Below are positions 32,131-42,984 of a DNA stretch of 64,000 nt, in pieces. The stretch is from an uncultured Planctomycetota bacterium (GTDB lineage Bacteria > Planctomycetota > Planctomycetia > Isosphaerales > Isosphaeraceae), in NCBI GenBank assembly GCA_963823665.1, contig CAWGMQ010000011.1, positions 544,001 to 608,000 on the forward strand. The letters are read 5' to 3'. The translations under genes and the position numbers were made by a program. The notes below the pieces were generated by a model, which ran no database searches, was not told the origin of the DNA, and saw nothing but the letters and a program-made list of their open reading frames with translations. The first letter of the stretch is position 1. Every line of letters starts with the position of its first letter.

Positions 32131-32325
32131 GGGGATTCCAGACACCCATCCTTTAGTCACGGTCCCCCGAATCCATTCATTCGCGGCTCGCTCGTTCGGC
32201 GCAAAATCACGGCCTCTGGTCAAGTCGAACACGCAGAAGGCGAGTGCCCGACGCTCGCCAAAACGTGGGCGTCTAACATCCCGACATCCCCGACGCTCGG
32301 CAAACGGTGGGTGTCTGACATCCCC
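32131..32325 (+). repeat. Hairpin repeat R9, intron-free with intact target site
   Basis: Complete unit with duplicated right arm; GTGTCT^GACATCCCC at 32311-32325. Confidence 0.92.
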
Positions 32326-32541
32326 GCCCCTTCCGGAACAGACTCTGAGGCGTTAGACTCGGGAGTGACGCCGGTGTATCGATGCGGCCCGTCCCGATCG
32401 AGGGCCGCATCTCCCGAGCCGGAGACGATCCCGCGTCGAGTTTCCAGATAGGACCCACCTGCGACGAACCGTCAGGCCGGTGATTACGTTTAGCAGAGAG
32501 AGTCGGATGGAGTCTCCCAGCACATCTCGCGGAGAGTTCCC

Positions 32542-34134
32542 ATGAGATGTCGACGGCAAGTCCCCGCGCTGGTCGTGCCCCTGGCGTGCCTCGTCGCCTG
32601 GGGGGTCTCCCGAGTAGGACTCGCCCGAAGCGATGATCTCCCCGGCCGGAAGCCGGAGGCCCCGGCCGCCAGGGCCGAGCGGCGGGCCGACCTGGGCGCG
32701 ATGGCCTGGACGACGGCCGTCGAGCCCAACGCGCTGAGCCCAAGCGTGAAGAACGGCCTCGACTGGCTGGTTGCGCATCAACTCTCGAGCGGCGGCTGGG
32801 GCGAGGGCGACGCGATGATGCAGGCGGGCGCGACCCTCCGAGGCGTCTCGATCCGCGACACGCCCAATGTTGCCGACACGTGTATCGCTTCCCTCGCCCT
32901 GATCCGATCGGGGAGCACGCCGCGCGAGGGGCCGTATCGCGGCGCGATCGTCAAGGGCGTCGGGTACGTCACCACCCAGGTCCGGGAATCCGACGCCGGG
33001 TCGCTCTCGGTAACGAGCGCGCGCGGGACGCGCGACCAGATGAAGCTCGGGCCCAACATCGACACTTACCTGGCTTCCATGCTCTTGGCCGAGGTGAAGG
33101 GGCGCATGCCCGACGAGGCGAGCAAGAGCGCCGTCGACCAGGCCCTGGACAAGGTGATCGGCAAGATCGAGCGGCACCTGGCGGGGGATGGCCCGTTCGA
33201 GTTCCAGGGGTATGCACCGGTCCTGGCGCTGGCCATGTCCGCCAAGGGGCTCAATCGCGCGCGCCAGGCCGGGGTGCGCGTCTCGGACGTCGCCCTGGCC
33301 CGGGCGGCGGACGCCGCGCGGATGGCCTACACGACCGGAGGCTGGCCGGTGGCGTACCAGATGGCAGGCCGGTCGATGGCGATCGGTCATGCACGTACGG
33401 GCCACAAGCCATCGACGCGGCCGAGGGCGACGGACGGCGTGGGGTCGGCGGCCGAGGGGTCGAGCCGGTCGATGGCGGCGGGTGTGGACGACGAGGATGA
33501 CGACCTCCGGACGGAACCTTCGGCGGGCAGCCCGGCATCCCCATCGCACGGGACCAGGAGGATGACGAAACGCGGGGCGGCGAGGCCCGGCACGGGTGCC
33601 GGCCGTCCGATGATGACAGGCATGGCGGCTGGGTCCCCGCTCTACGGCTGGTCCGCCTGCCTCGGCATCCTGCAAGATTCCCTCAATACGGGCAGGGCGC
33701 AGCTCCCGCGGCTCCGCGACCAGGCGGCCCATTCCCGGGACCCGCAGGAGTGCGCCCAGGCCAGAAAGAAGCTCGCACGGATCGCCGAGGTGGAGCAGGT
33801 CCAGCGGGGGGCCCAGGCGGCCGTCGTCGCGCGGCTGGGTGGCCCAGGATTCCTCCTCTTCGCCGGCATGGACGGCGGCGAGGAATTCCTCAGCTACATG
33901 ACCCTCGCCGAGAGCCTGGCCGTCACGGGCGACGAGGCGTGGAGGCGCTGGGATTCCGGGATGACCGACTACCTCAACCGGGTGCAGAACGCCGACGGGA
34001 GCTGGTCCGGCAGCCATTGCATCACGGGCCGCACCTTCTGCACCTCGGCGGCGCTCCTGACCTTGATGGCCGACCGCACCCCGGTCCCCGTCCCCGTCCC
34101 GGCCCGGGCGAAGACCTCGTCCTCCTCCCAATGA
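32542..34134 (+). CDS. Secreted prenyltransferase/squalene-oxidase-repeat (alpha/alpha toroid) protein
   Basis: GLDWLVAHQLSSGGW and QNADGSW repeats; signal peptide. Confidence 0.8.
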   Translation: MRCRRQVPALVVPLACLVAWGVSRVGLARSDDLPGRKPEAPAARAERRADLGAMAWTTAVEPNALSPSVKNGLDWLVAHQLSSGGWGEGDAMMQAGATLRGVSIRDTPNVADTCIASLALIRSGSTPREGPYRGAIVKGVGYVTTQVRESDAGSLSVTSARGTRDQMKLGPNIDTYLASMLLAEVKGRMPDEASKSAVDQALDKVIGKIERHLAGDGPFEFQGYAPVLALAMSAKGLNRARQAGVRVSDVALARAADAARMAYTTGGWPVAYQMAGRSMAIGHARTGHKPSTRPRATDGVGSAAEGSSRSMAAGVDDEDDDLRTEPSAGSPASPSHGTRRMTKRGAARPGTGAGRPMMTGMAAGSPLYGWSACLGILQDSLNTGRAQLPRLRDQAAHSRDPQECAQARKKLARIAEVEQVQRGAQAAVVARLGGPGFLLFAGMDGGEEFLSYMTLAESLAVTGDEAWRRWDSGMTDYLNRVQNADGSWSGSHCITGRTFCTSAALLTLMADRTPVPVPVPARAKTSSSSQ

Positions 34135-34141
34135 GCCTGCC

Positions 34142-35367
34142 ATGGAGCCCCATCTGATCCGGCCCGGTCGCCGAGTCGCGGCGCTGATCGTGGTCTCGCT
34201 GGCGACCTGGCTGGCCTCGTGCCGCCCGCGAAGCGAGGCCCCCGGCGCCCGGGTCGACCGGGCGCTGGGCCGTGCGTTGCGATCGCTTATTGTCGCCCAG
34301 TCCCCCGACGGGGCCTGGCGATCGTCGACCTACGGCGTGTTCAAGGACGGCTTGTCGCTGACACCCACGGTGCTGAAGGCAGTCGCGTTCGGGCCGGACG
34401 TCGACGGTTCCGCGATGGCAAGGCGCCGCGCGGCCGGGTACCTGATCGGGTGCGTCAGGGCCGACGGCTCGATCGACGGCGGCCGGTTCGGCATGACCTA
34501 TCCGGTCTACAACGCCTCGGCCGCGGTGATCACGCTGACGGTCCTCGATGTCCCGGAGGGCCGCGGGCGCGCGACGCCTGGCTCCGCGAGCTGCGCCGGC
34601 GGCAATCGACCGAGGTCCTCGGATGGGGGCCCGGCGATCCGGCGTTCGGCGGATGGGGCTACTCGATCGAGCCGCCGTCGCGGGGAGATGCGGCCCTCGC
34701 CCCGGGCCAGCATGTAGACGCCGACCTCTCCTCGACCTTGTTCGCGATCGGAGCCTTGCGGATCGCCGGGGTGGAGGCCGAAGATCCCGCGATCCGCAAG
34801 GCCTTGACCTTCGTCGAGCGGTGCCAGAACGTCGCGGCGGGCGATGAGGGGAGCGATCCGCGATTCGATGACGGGGGCTTCTTCTTCACGACGACCGACC
34901 CGGTGCGCAACAAGGCCGGCGTCGCGGGCATGGATCGGCACGGCTGGACGCGCTACCACTCCTATGGCAGCGCGACGGCCGACGGGCTGAGAGCCCTGCT
35001 GCGTTGCGGCCTCGCCAGGGATCATCCGCGGGTCGCCGCCGCAAGGAAGTGGCTGGAGGCGAATTTCTCGCCCTCGACCAATCCCGGCACGTTCGAGCCA
35101 GCCCGCGAGTCCGACCGCGACGCCACGTATTTCTACTACGCGTGGTCGGTCGCCCACGCCTTCCGCGGCCTGGGGATCGCGGAGATCGAGTGCGACGGCC
35201 GCAGGATCGCCTGGGCCGAAGTCCTCGCGACCGAACTCGTCCGCAGGCAGCGCGACGACGGGAGCTGGGCTAACCGGTTCACTGCGTCCAAGGAAGATGA
35301 CCCCCTCGTCGCGACACCCTTCGCGGCCGGGGCACTCGGCATCTGTCGGACGTTCCTCGCCCGATGA
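34142..35367 (+). CDS. Prenyltransferase/squalene-oxidase-repeat protein; frameshift near 34562
   Basis: QSPDGAW, FGGWGY, DGGF, QRDDGSW repeats across two overlapping frames. Confidence 0.75.
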
Positions 35368-35438
35368 ATCCCATTGAGCGCCGACCGGACACCACCCGTG
35401 AATTCACACTGACAACTCAAAGTATTCATGAATATTAA

Positions 35439-36366
35439 GGGATGTCAGACACCCACCTTTGGGATGTCAGACACCCACCTTTGGGGATGTCAGACACCCA
35501 CCTTTTGCCGGGCGTCGGACACGCGCCTTCTGCGTGTTCGAAATGACCGGGGGCCGTGGTCTTGCGCCGAACTTGCGAGCCGCGAATGAATGGATGCCGG
35601 GGCCGTGACAAAAAGATGGGTGTCTTTGCGTCAGGAAAAGCTCGAGAAAGGAGGAAGTGCCTCGAAACACAGAAACCTTTCATCGCGACCCTGCGGGTTA
35701 ACGAATCCCGCCCGGCAGAGCCTGGCCGGCAGCCGGAAGCAAGTCTTGCGTGGGGAGGGGTGACCCTCACTGCGAAGCGTAGACAGCGAGTCTCCATGCC
35801 ATGCTATCGAGCCCCGAAATACTCATCGTGGGAGCCTCCGTTGTAGACACAAGCGGGGGCCGTGTCGACACGCCGCAATGGCCTGGCGTGTTCGGTCCTG
35901 CCGGGGTCCAAGAACATGGCGCAGGGACGCGAGGGTTGCTCGGGAACCTGAGAGCCCCATCCGTCTCCACTGACATTTCCGGCTCGGGAACCGGAATACC
36001 AACTCCCCGGCCCACGACCCCGCGTCGGGTCGCTGGGAGCGAACAAGACGCAAGGGTGGTATCGCCAAACGAAGGCAACGAAGTGCGGCGAAATGGGCGG
36101 ACGGGAGTCGGAGTGCTCCGTAGTAGCAGTGAAGCGGGGGAATGGGCCCTCCCAGACCCTGTGGAGCGAAGGGGGTACCGTGTCGCGGACTGGAAGCCGG
36201 AACCACGCCGAGGGCATTGGACCTCAGAGCGCGTCACCGCGAGGCGACCAGATCGTGAGAGGGACAGCGACGCCGCGACATGACGAGCCGGATGCCTTAA
36301 TTGGGCACGTCCGGATCAGTGGGAGCCCTGGCGGAGCGATCCGCCAGGGCGACCCGGCGGAATCCC
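35439..36366 (-). repeat. Hairpin repeat R10, inverted; intron lies in the opposite arm
   Basis: GGGATGTCAGACACCCACCTTT three times, reverse-complement core, GATGGGTGTCT^GGAATCCC. Confidence 0.9.
35626..36358 (+). mobile_element. ORF-less group II intron, copy 6 (733 nt)
   Basis: Same element; 3' exon begins GGAATCCC. Confidence 0.92.
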
Positions 36367-36584
36367 GTGACACCTATCTCGTCGTCGACGCTCTGATCAA
36401 GGCGAACAAGGACTTCGATCTGATCATCATTCCCAACGCCGGCCACGCGTACGGCAGCGCATCGAACTATGTGGTGCGGCGCCGCTGGGACTATTTCGTC
36501 CGGGGGTTGCTGGGCGCCGAGCCGCCGAAGGAGTACCTGGTGAAAGCGGGCGGCGGTGGTCGTGGGGGGCGCGCGAATGACTGA
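36367..36584 (+). pseudogene. C-terminal fragment of an S9 (DPP IV-like) peptidase starting at the end of R10
   Basis: VVDALIKANKDFDLIIIPNAGH...WDYFVR; no upstream portion present. Confidence 0.75.
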
Positions 36585-36704
36585 CCCGAGACTCACGATC
36601 CACGATGGCGCACCTCTTGGAGCGTCGACGACTCTATCGGAGGCGGGTGCACACAACCGACAACCGCAGGGTCTATCACGGGAATTGAGGCCGCGGCGCC
36701 GCCG

Positions 36705-39700
36705 TTATCGTTTGGCGGCGGCGGGTTGGCCTACTCGCACGCGAACAGGGAATGGCGGACGGGCTGGAGGCTTGGGCGGCGGGCTTTTCTCGAGCTCCGC
36801 CAGGATCTCCTCGATCGCCCGGTCAAGCTGCGGATCTTTGCCGGCGGCCACGAGCGCCGGGTCTTGCTCGACGTCGATATCGGGTGGAACGCCGACGTTT
36901 TCGACGACCCAGCCGTCCTCGGTGAAGATCGCCAGGTCGGGCGCCGTCACCATTCCGCCATCCATGAGCACCGGGAAGCCGAGAATTCCCACCAGCCCGC
37001 CCCACGTCTTCTTGCCGACCAGCTTTCCCAGGCCAAACTTACGGAACATCCAGGGGAACAAGTCGCCGCCCGATCCGGCGGTCTCGTCGATGATCATCAC
37101 CTTGGGACCCGAGGATTGCCGCGTTCGGCGTGCGGATCGTCTCGCCGTAACGCGTGGCCCAGTAGCTGACCAGTGGCCTACGAAGTAGGTCGATGTAATA
37201 GTCCGCGACCTGGCCGCCGCCGTTGAACCTTTCGTCGACAATGATGGCTTCCTTGCCGGCTTGCGGGAAGAAATAACGCTTGAAGTACTCATGGCCCGAC
37301 CCGGCGGTGTTCGGCACGTAGACATAAGCGACGCGTCCGCCCGTGCGTTCGTGAACTTTGCGCAGATTGCCTTCGACCCAGGCGCGGTTGCGAAGCGAAC
37401 GTTCGTCGCCGATGGGTTCGACCACCACCGTGCGTGCGTTCGACCCGTCCGCATTTGGACCGACCTTGAGCTCGATTCGCTTGCCCGCGGTTCCTTCGAA
37501 CGCGCGATAGACCTCGCTGTCGGCCTTGATCTCCTTGCCGTCGACGGCCAGGAGGAAGTCGCCAGGCTTGACGTCGACGCCCGGTGCCGCGAGCGGCGCG
37601 CGCAGGCTCGTGTCCCAGTAGGCGCCACCGTAGATCGTCTTGAACCGGAATCGGCCGTCCTGCACGTCGTAATCGGCGCCGAGCAGGCCGACGGGCACCG
37701 GCTTGGGCTCATAGATGTGTTCTCCGCCACCCGAGAAGCTGTGGCCGACCGACAGCTCACTGAGCATCATGCGAATCACGCGATTCAAGTCGTCTCTGGT
37801 CGCCAAGTGGGGAATGAACGCCTCGTATTTGCTCCAGACGGCGTTCCAGTCCGCGCCGTGCATGTTCGTGGCGTAGAAGTAGTCGCGGTTGATCCGCCAG
37901 GCTTCGCGCAGAATCTGCGGCCATTCCGAGCGTGGCTCGACCCGCACGGAGATCGCGGCGAGCGGAAGCGCTCCGTCGCCCTTGTTGAATTTGCCCGCGT
38001 CGACGATACCGAGCGAGGGCGGTCCGGAAGGAAGTCCATCAGGACCGGCAGGCAAGGACGTCCACAGAATCTTCTTGCTTGTCCGCGGAAATTTGAAATT
38101 CGTCGATTCCTTCGGCGAGCGTTTCTTCCTCGCGCTTCTTGAGATCGAATCGCCTCAGCGATGGCTTGCCACGTAATGTCGGCCCGGCGCGTGTAATAAA
38201 TCTGTCCGTCGGTTCCGGACGCCAGGTTGGCAATAAGCCCCGACTCGGCCGGCAAAGCCACGACCCGGGCCGAGATGCCGTCAACGTCGACGACGGTGGG
38301 AGGCGAGGGTTTTGCCTTCAGCTCAGACATTCGCTTATTGAACGCGCTCGTGAAGGTGTCACCATCACCTTCGGTCCCGGGCTTCCCTTCGACTTTCTCC
38401 TTCTCGTTGGATTTCTCGTCTTTGCCTTTTTCATCCTTCGTCTTCTCGTCAGCCGGCTTCTTCTCGGCGTCGGCGGCCCCTTCCTCGTCGCTCTCCTTGA
38501 GGAGCGGGTTCGGCGTCGCCTTGGCCAGCGTGACCAGGTAGATCGTCGACGTCACAAGCATGTCGGTGTTCGACTGATCGAACCAGTTGTTCACCGGGCC
38601 GGCGTCGGTCGAGGCCAGGAAATAGAGGTACTTGCCGTTGTGGTCGAACGTCGGTTCACCGGCCTCGGCGAGCCCGTCGGTGATGCCCGTCGATTTGTCA
38701 TTCTCGACGGAGTAGAGCCAGATCTGCTGGAAGCCGGCGCGATTGGTGAGGGAGTACGCCAGCCACTTCGAGTCGGCAGACCAGTCGTAATTGGTGCGCG
38801 CGGTGCGTCTCGGTCCGTAGATCGGCTCGGCGGCGATGCGCTTGACTTTCCCGCTTTCGAGGTCGATCCAGAAGAGGGTGCGAGAGTTGTCGATCATGGC
38901 GATCTTCTTGCTGTCGGGCGGACCACACCAGTCCCTCGTAGAACCCGGAGCCGGGTATTGGAAAAGACTTGCCGTCGCCCTTGCCGTCCTGCGGGCGAAT
39001 GACGAGCTGGTACTCACCGGTCGCGTCGGACAGGTAAGCGATCGACTTGCCGTCGGGCGACCAGGCGGGGTGGCGTTCGTGCGCGCCGGGCGTCTGTGTG
39101 AGGTTGCGCGGGTCACCCTTCTTGGCTGGCACTGTGACGATCTCGCCGCGATAGCCGAGTACGGCACGGTTGCCGCCGGGTGAAATCGATGCGCCCGAAT
39201 GTGCTTGGGATCGCTCGCAAATCGCGGCCGGGTCTCGGTCGAGGTCGGCTGCCACGAAATCTTGAGCCGGTGCGATTGCCGCTCGTGCGGGTCGAACAGA
39301 TAGACCCAGTCCGCCTTGCTCGTAGATCAGTTTTCCCGCACCCGAAGACGCGCTGGCCATCGGAAAAGCATCATGATCTGTGCATCGGGCAACGGTCTTG
39401 GCGGCGAGGTCATAGGAATAGACGTTGAACTCACCGTCACGATCGGAAAGGAAGTAGACGGTCTCGCCGATCCACATCGGCTCGGTGTCGTTGCAACCTG
39501 CCGGGGGCTTGGGAATCTCCACGTGCGACAGGTCATCCAGTTTCAAGACCCAGATCCGCGACACGGTTCCGCCGCGGTAGTTCTTCCACTGCCTGAAGTT
39601 TTCCGCAGAGCGGCGTGTACGCCAGGATACTTTCCATCCGGAGAGATCGCCCCTTTTTCGCCGTTCGGAACAGGCAGACGCTCCGGCACTCCGCCTTTGA

Positions 39701-40148
39701 TATCAACCACGAAGAACTGCGAATAGCGCCGCGAGAAAACCGCCCGCTGAGAGCTGAAGATGACCTTGCCGCCGGGGGTGAAGCCGCGAACGACGTCCTC
39801 GCCCGGGTGCCAGGTAAGGCGAACCGGCTCGCCCCCATCGGCGGGGATGACATAAACATCGGCGTTTCCATCGTAACTGCCCGTGAACGCGATGTGCTTT
39901 CCGTCCGGAGAAAAGTAAGGGTGCTGCTCGGATCCTGAGTGAGAGGTGACTCGTCGTGGGTTCGAGCCATCCGGCCCGGCCACCCAGATGTCATCGCCGT
40001 AGACGAACGCGATCTTTCCATCGGTGATCGCCGGCGCCGCCAGCAGGCGCGTGTCGCCGGTCTCGACCGCAGCCGCGCGAATCGGTGCGACCGCCAGGGC
40101 AATTGTTATTAACATCATGATCAACCGATTCCGCAATTGACGCGCCAT
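36705..40148 (-). pseudogene. Tricorn-like S41 peptidase (PD40 propellers, PDZ, S41) broken by several frameshifts
   Basis: Signal peptide, FSPDGK, YFYATNMHGADW, DERFNGGG, AGSGGD, KTWGGLVG, ENVGVPPD spread over about 6 ORF segments; may be sequencing error. Confidence 0.8.
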
Positions 40149-40447
40149 CGTGGGTTCCTCGAGGAGCTTTCACTTGCGGGCGTGGCTCGCGCTTGCGAGC
40201 CCGCCCTCTTTACCGGGTAGATTATGAACGCCACGCCGGCACACAGCCAGACCTTGCGGACTGTCGCAGTTCCTCCACGCGAATCGCTCTCGCGAGAAAA
40301 CTACGCCAGTTTGGGGCCAGTTCAAGCAGCGGACCGACCGTCGCGGCCGCACGTCCTGACCGCCCGCCTGGGCGTCCACCACCTTGCCAACCTGGCCGGA
40401 TGCGCTGCCCGACAAACAACGGGTGAAGCTCGTGATTCGTCCGCTCG

Positions 40448-40642
40448 CTACACCTGCGTGTTGATCAGCAGCAACAGAGCTGTCGCGATTGCCAGGAGCG
40501 CGAGGATGCTGAGGCTCAGGCGAATCGATCGCGCCCAGATGCGCGGCCACGATTCGTGACGGGAGGCCGCGTAGACCACGCTGATCACGCCCACCAAGGG
40601 CAGGACGGCCCAGTAAAGCTGGACCGAGTTGACGCTCATCAT
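40448..40642 (-). CDS. Small membrane protein
   Basis: ISVVYAASRHE motif; overlaps the stop of the upstream gene. Confidence 0.7.
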   Translation of the reverse strand: MMSVNSVQLYWAVLPLVGVISVVYAASRHESWPRIWARSIRLSLSILALLAIATALLLLINTQV

Positions 40643-41188
40643 GCCGACCCCTCTGGCTTGAGCTCGGCGGCGGCGACCAGCGCCGGTGACGCTTGGCTCG
40701 ACTCCGCTTCCTGGTCCTCGTCCAGATACGCGGGCCCTTCGTAGGCATCGTAGATCGCGAGGATATTGAGCAGGCCGGCGATCGTGGTGTAGATCGTGCC
40801 GATCTCAACGAGCTTGCCAAGCCTTGGATGCAGCCCGTTCAGAACGACCGGCGTCGGCTCGGCGAGGATGCCTCCCAGGATGAAATCCTTGCCGTAGTAC
40901 TGCAGCGTGCCCTGGATCAGTGCCGGCAAGGATGCCAGTCCCACGAAGAACTGGCCCAGGTAGTGAACGCAGAACTTCTCGGGATAGTGAAAGGGGTTGA
41001 CCCAGCGCCAGTAGACGATCTTCCCTTCCCCCATGTACAAGCCGACGAAATAAAGGCCGAGGATGCAAAACGCGTAGAGGAATGCCTTGCCCTTCCGCCC
41101 CTGGTAATAGTGCCCCCAGCCGGGCACCAGCCAGGCGAGAAACGCGGCCGTCAAGGGATTGCGAAACGTGATCGGTGTCTGACTCATA
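40639..41188 (-). CDS. Membrane protein (DUF6677-like)
   Basis: AAFLAWLVPGWGHYYQGR; IAGLLNILAIYDA. Confidence 0.75.
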
Positions 41189-41286
41189 AGCTTTCGAGGT
41201 TCAACAGCAAGAAAGTTCGTGCCCTCGCATGGAGGGCTGCCCCGCTCGTTCACTGGTCAATGCTATCACGAAACGCGGGGTTGAAT

Positions 41287-42345
41287 CTACCCCGCGTGAG
41301 GGGCCCCGCACATGTGCGACGTCAAGCCTGGCGTCCCGGATTCGACCGCGTCGACGAGATCGGGTGGAATGGCCGCGATTCCGTGGGCTGCACCAACCAT
41401 CAAGCAGCATGTGGCGAGTTGATCAATGGCTCGAGGAACGCCGGCAGTCGAACAGTGCAGCCGCGTGATCGCACGGGGTGTGAAGAGCGGCTCGTTGCAG
41501 CCCGCGGCGGCAAGCTTGGCCGCGAGATAACGCTCTGCGTCACTGCGGGTGAGCGAATCCAGCCGAATCGCAAGCGACCAGGGGCGGGTGCGATTCGCGT
41601 ACGGCATCACGCGCGGCCTTCCGGCCTGGATGATCGTCAGTCGCGCGTGGAAGCCAGTTCCAAGACCGGTGAGGACGGCGATGTCGCGACGGACCGCAGG
41701 GGTTGCGTTCTGGCAGTCGTCGAAACCGATGACGATGTGGTTTCCGAGGATCGACATCAGGCGCAGTGCCCGTTCAACGGCTCGCCAGCACGCGAGCCGG
41801 CCGGGCTCGCGGCCCAGGCGCTCCCCGAGATGCTCTGCGAGCAATCCAGGTAACAGATCTGCCTCGCGCGGGCAGCTCATCAGGATACATCGCCGGCGCG
41901 GGCTGCGGACCTCGGCAAACACCCGGCGCAAGACGGTGGTCTTACCCAGACCAGCTTCCGCGATCAGTTCCGCGCCTCGCCCGCCCGATCGAATGCACTC
42001 GAACAGGAGCCGGGCGGCCTCGTCGTGGGATGGGAGCGAAACGTACGGTGGATCATGCTCGACGAAAGGCGTTCTGTCGAAACGCCAGTACGACTTCCAG
42101 TCGCTGCTCAATTTCTCGTCGGAACCACCAGTGAGCACGAGCTGTTTCTCCCGGGAAAACGCACGCGTCGGGACGGAGCGTGTGCCGATCGATTGCGCAT
42201 CGCCAGATATCCCTACCATCGGATAGCATGAGGGCCGACCTTTTGCCGGATCCGGAGCCAAATTGTGCCCGCCCGTTTCTTTTGCCCAGATCCCCCAAGC
42301 CAGGGCGTGTATCGACTCAAACCCAATGAGGCGAGACATTTGCAC
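41287..42345 (-). CDS. ExeA-like AAA ATPase (real start probably downstream of 42345)
   Basis: YWRFDRTPF, AEAGLGKTT Walker A, TAGVPRAIDQLA. Confidence 0.75.
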   Translation of the reverse strand: MQMSRLIGFESIHALAWGIWAKETGGHNLAPDPAKGRPSCYPMVGISGDAQSIGTRSVPTRAFSREKQLVLTGGSDEKLSSDWKSYWRFDRTPFVEHDPPYVSLPSHDEAARLLFECIRSGGRGAELIAEAGLGKTTVLRRVFAEVRSPRRRCILMSCPREADLLPGLLAEHLGERLGREPGRLACWRAVERALRLMSILGNHIVIGFDDCQNATPAVRRDIAVLTGLGTGFHARLTIIQAGRPRVMPYANRTRPWSLAIRLDSLTRSDAERYLAAKLAAAGCNEPLFTPRAITRLHCSTAGVPRAIDQLATCCLMVGAAHGIAAIPPDLVDAVESGTPGLTSHMCGAPHAG

Positions 42346-42984
42346 CGTGTTTGCCGGCTTGGCGCGGACGACGAAGTCGAGATTTTCGATGGCTCGGGCT
42401 TTGCAACTCGAGCGCGGGTGCTCGCCATCGGCAGCGATTGGGTGGAATTACGCGCACTCGGCCAGCCGATTCTCGAAAGGTTACCCGCGTTCCCGCTGAT
42501 TCTGGCGGCGGCTGCGCCGAAGGCCGATCGCCTGGACTGGCTGGTGGAAAAGGCGACCGAGCTTGGAGTTGCACGGTTGATCCCGGTTGTCTTCGAGCGG
42601 TCGGTGGTCGAGCCGGGCGCGAGCAAGATCGCGCGGCTCGAGCAGAAGGTGATCGAGGCATCGAAGCAGTGCGGGCGCGCGAGTTTGATGGTGATTGAGC
42701 CGCCGAGGCGATGGGCGGGCGTTTCTCAGGAGTTTCCCGACGCTCGGAAGTTCCTCGCGGATGCGGTGGGATTTTCGCCGATGGATGTTTTTGAGATTCC
42801 CGGTGGTCATCCCGCTGTTCTTGCCGTGGGCCCGGAGGGAGGGCTCACTCCGGCGGAGCGTGAGCAGGCGATCCGCCTGGGATGGGTTCCCGTCCGTTTG
42901 GGAGTGAACACACTACGTATCGAGACGGCCGCCGTGGCTGGGGTCGGCGTGCTATTCTCCAGAGCGCGGGAGCGGAACGAATGA
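42265..42984 (+). CDS. rsmE: 16S rRNA m3U1498 methyltransferase
   Basis: HLHRVCRL, EKATELGV, EASKQCGR, VGPEGG, LRIETAA. Confidence 0.93.
   Translation: MPARFFCPDPPSQGVYRLKPNEARHLHRVCRLGADDEVEIFDGSGFATRARVLAIGSDWVELRALGQPILERLPAFPLILAAAAPKADRLDWLVEKATELGVARLIPVVFERSVVEPGASKIARLEQKVIEASKQCGRASLMVIEPPRRWAGVSQEFPDARKFLADAVGFSPMDVFEIPGGHPAVLAVGPEGGLTPAEREQAIRLGWVPVRLGVNTLRIETAAVAGVGVLFSRARERNE

Noticed and set aside
32353..34143. Long antisense ORF (596 aa) and similar shadow ORFs opposite the kinase and TPR genes
   Set aside because: Arg/Pro-rich shadows of real genes, typical of high-GC DNA.
35439..35505. CRISPR array (also considered at 9349-9430, 12409-12560 and 24474-24600)
   Set aside because: The short repeats abut with no regular unique spacers, they are duplicated arms of the hairpin repeat, and no cas genes were seen.
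7301..36366. Classical integron or CALIN
   Set aside because: No IntI in the window, the repeat ends lack RYYYAAC/GTTRRRY, cargo is in mixed orientation and genes are cut at junctions. IntegronFinder would be the formal test.
36705..40148. Programmed frameshifting or phase variation in the tricorn-like protease
   Set aside because: There are too many scattered shifts; sequencing error or decay is more parsimonious.
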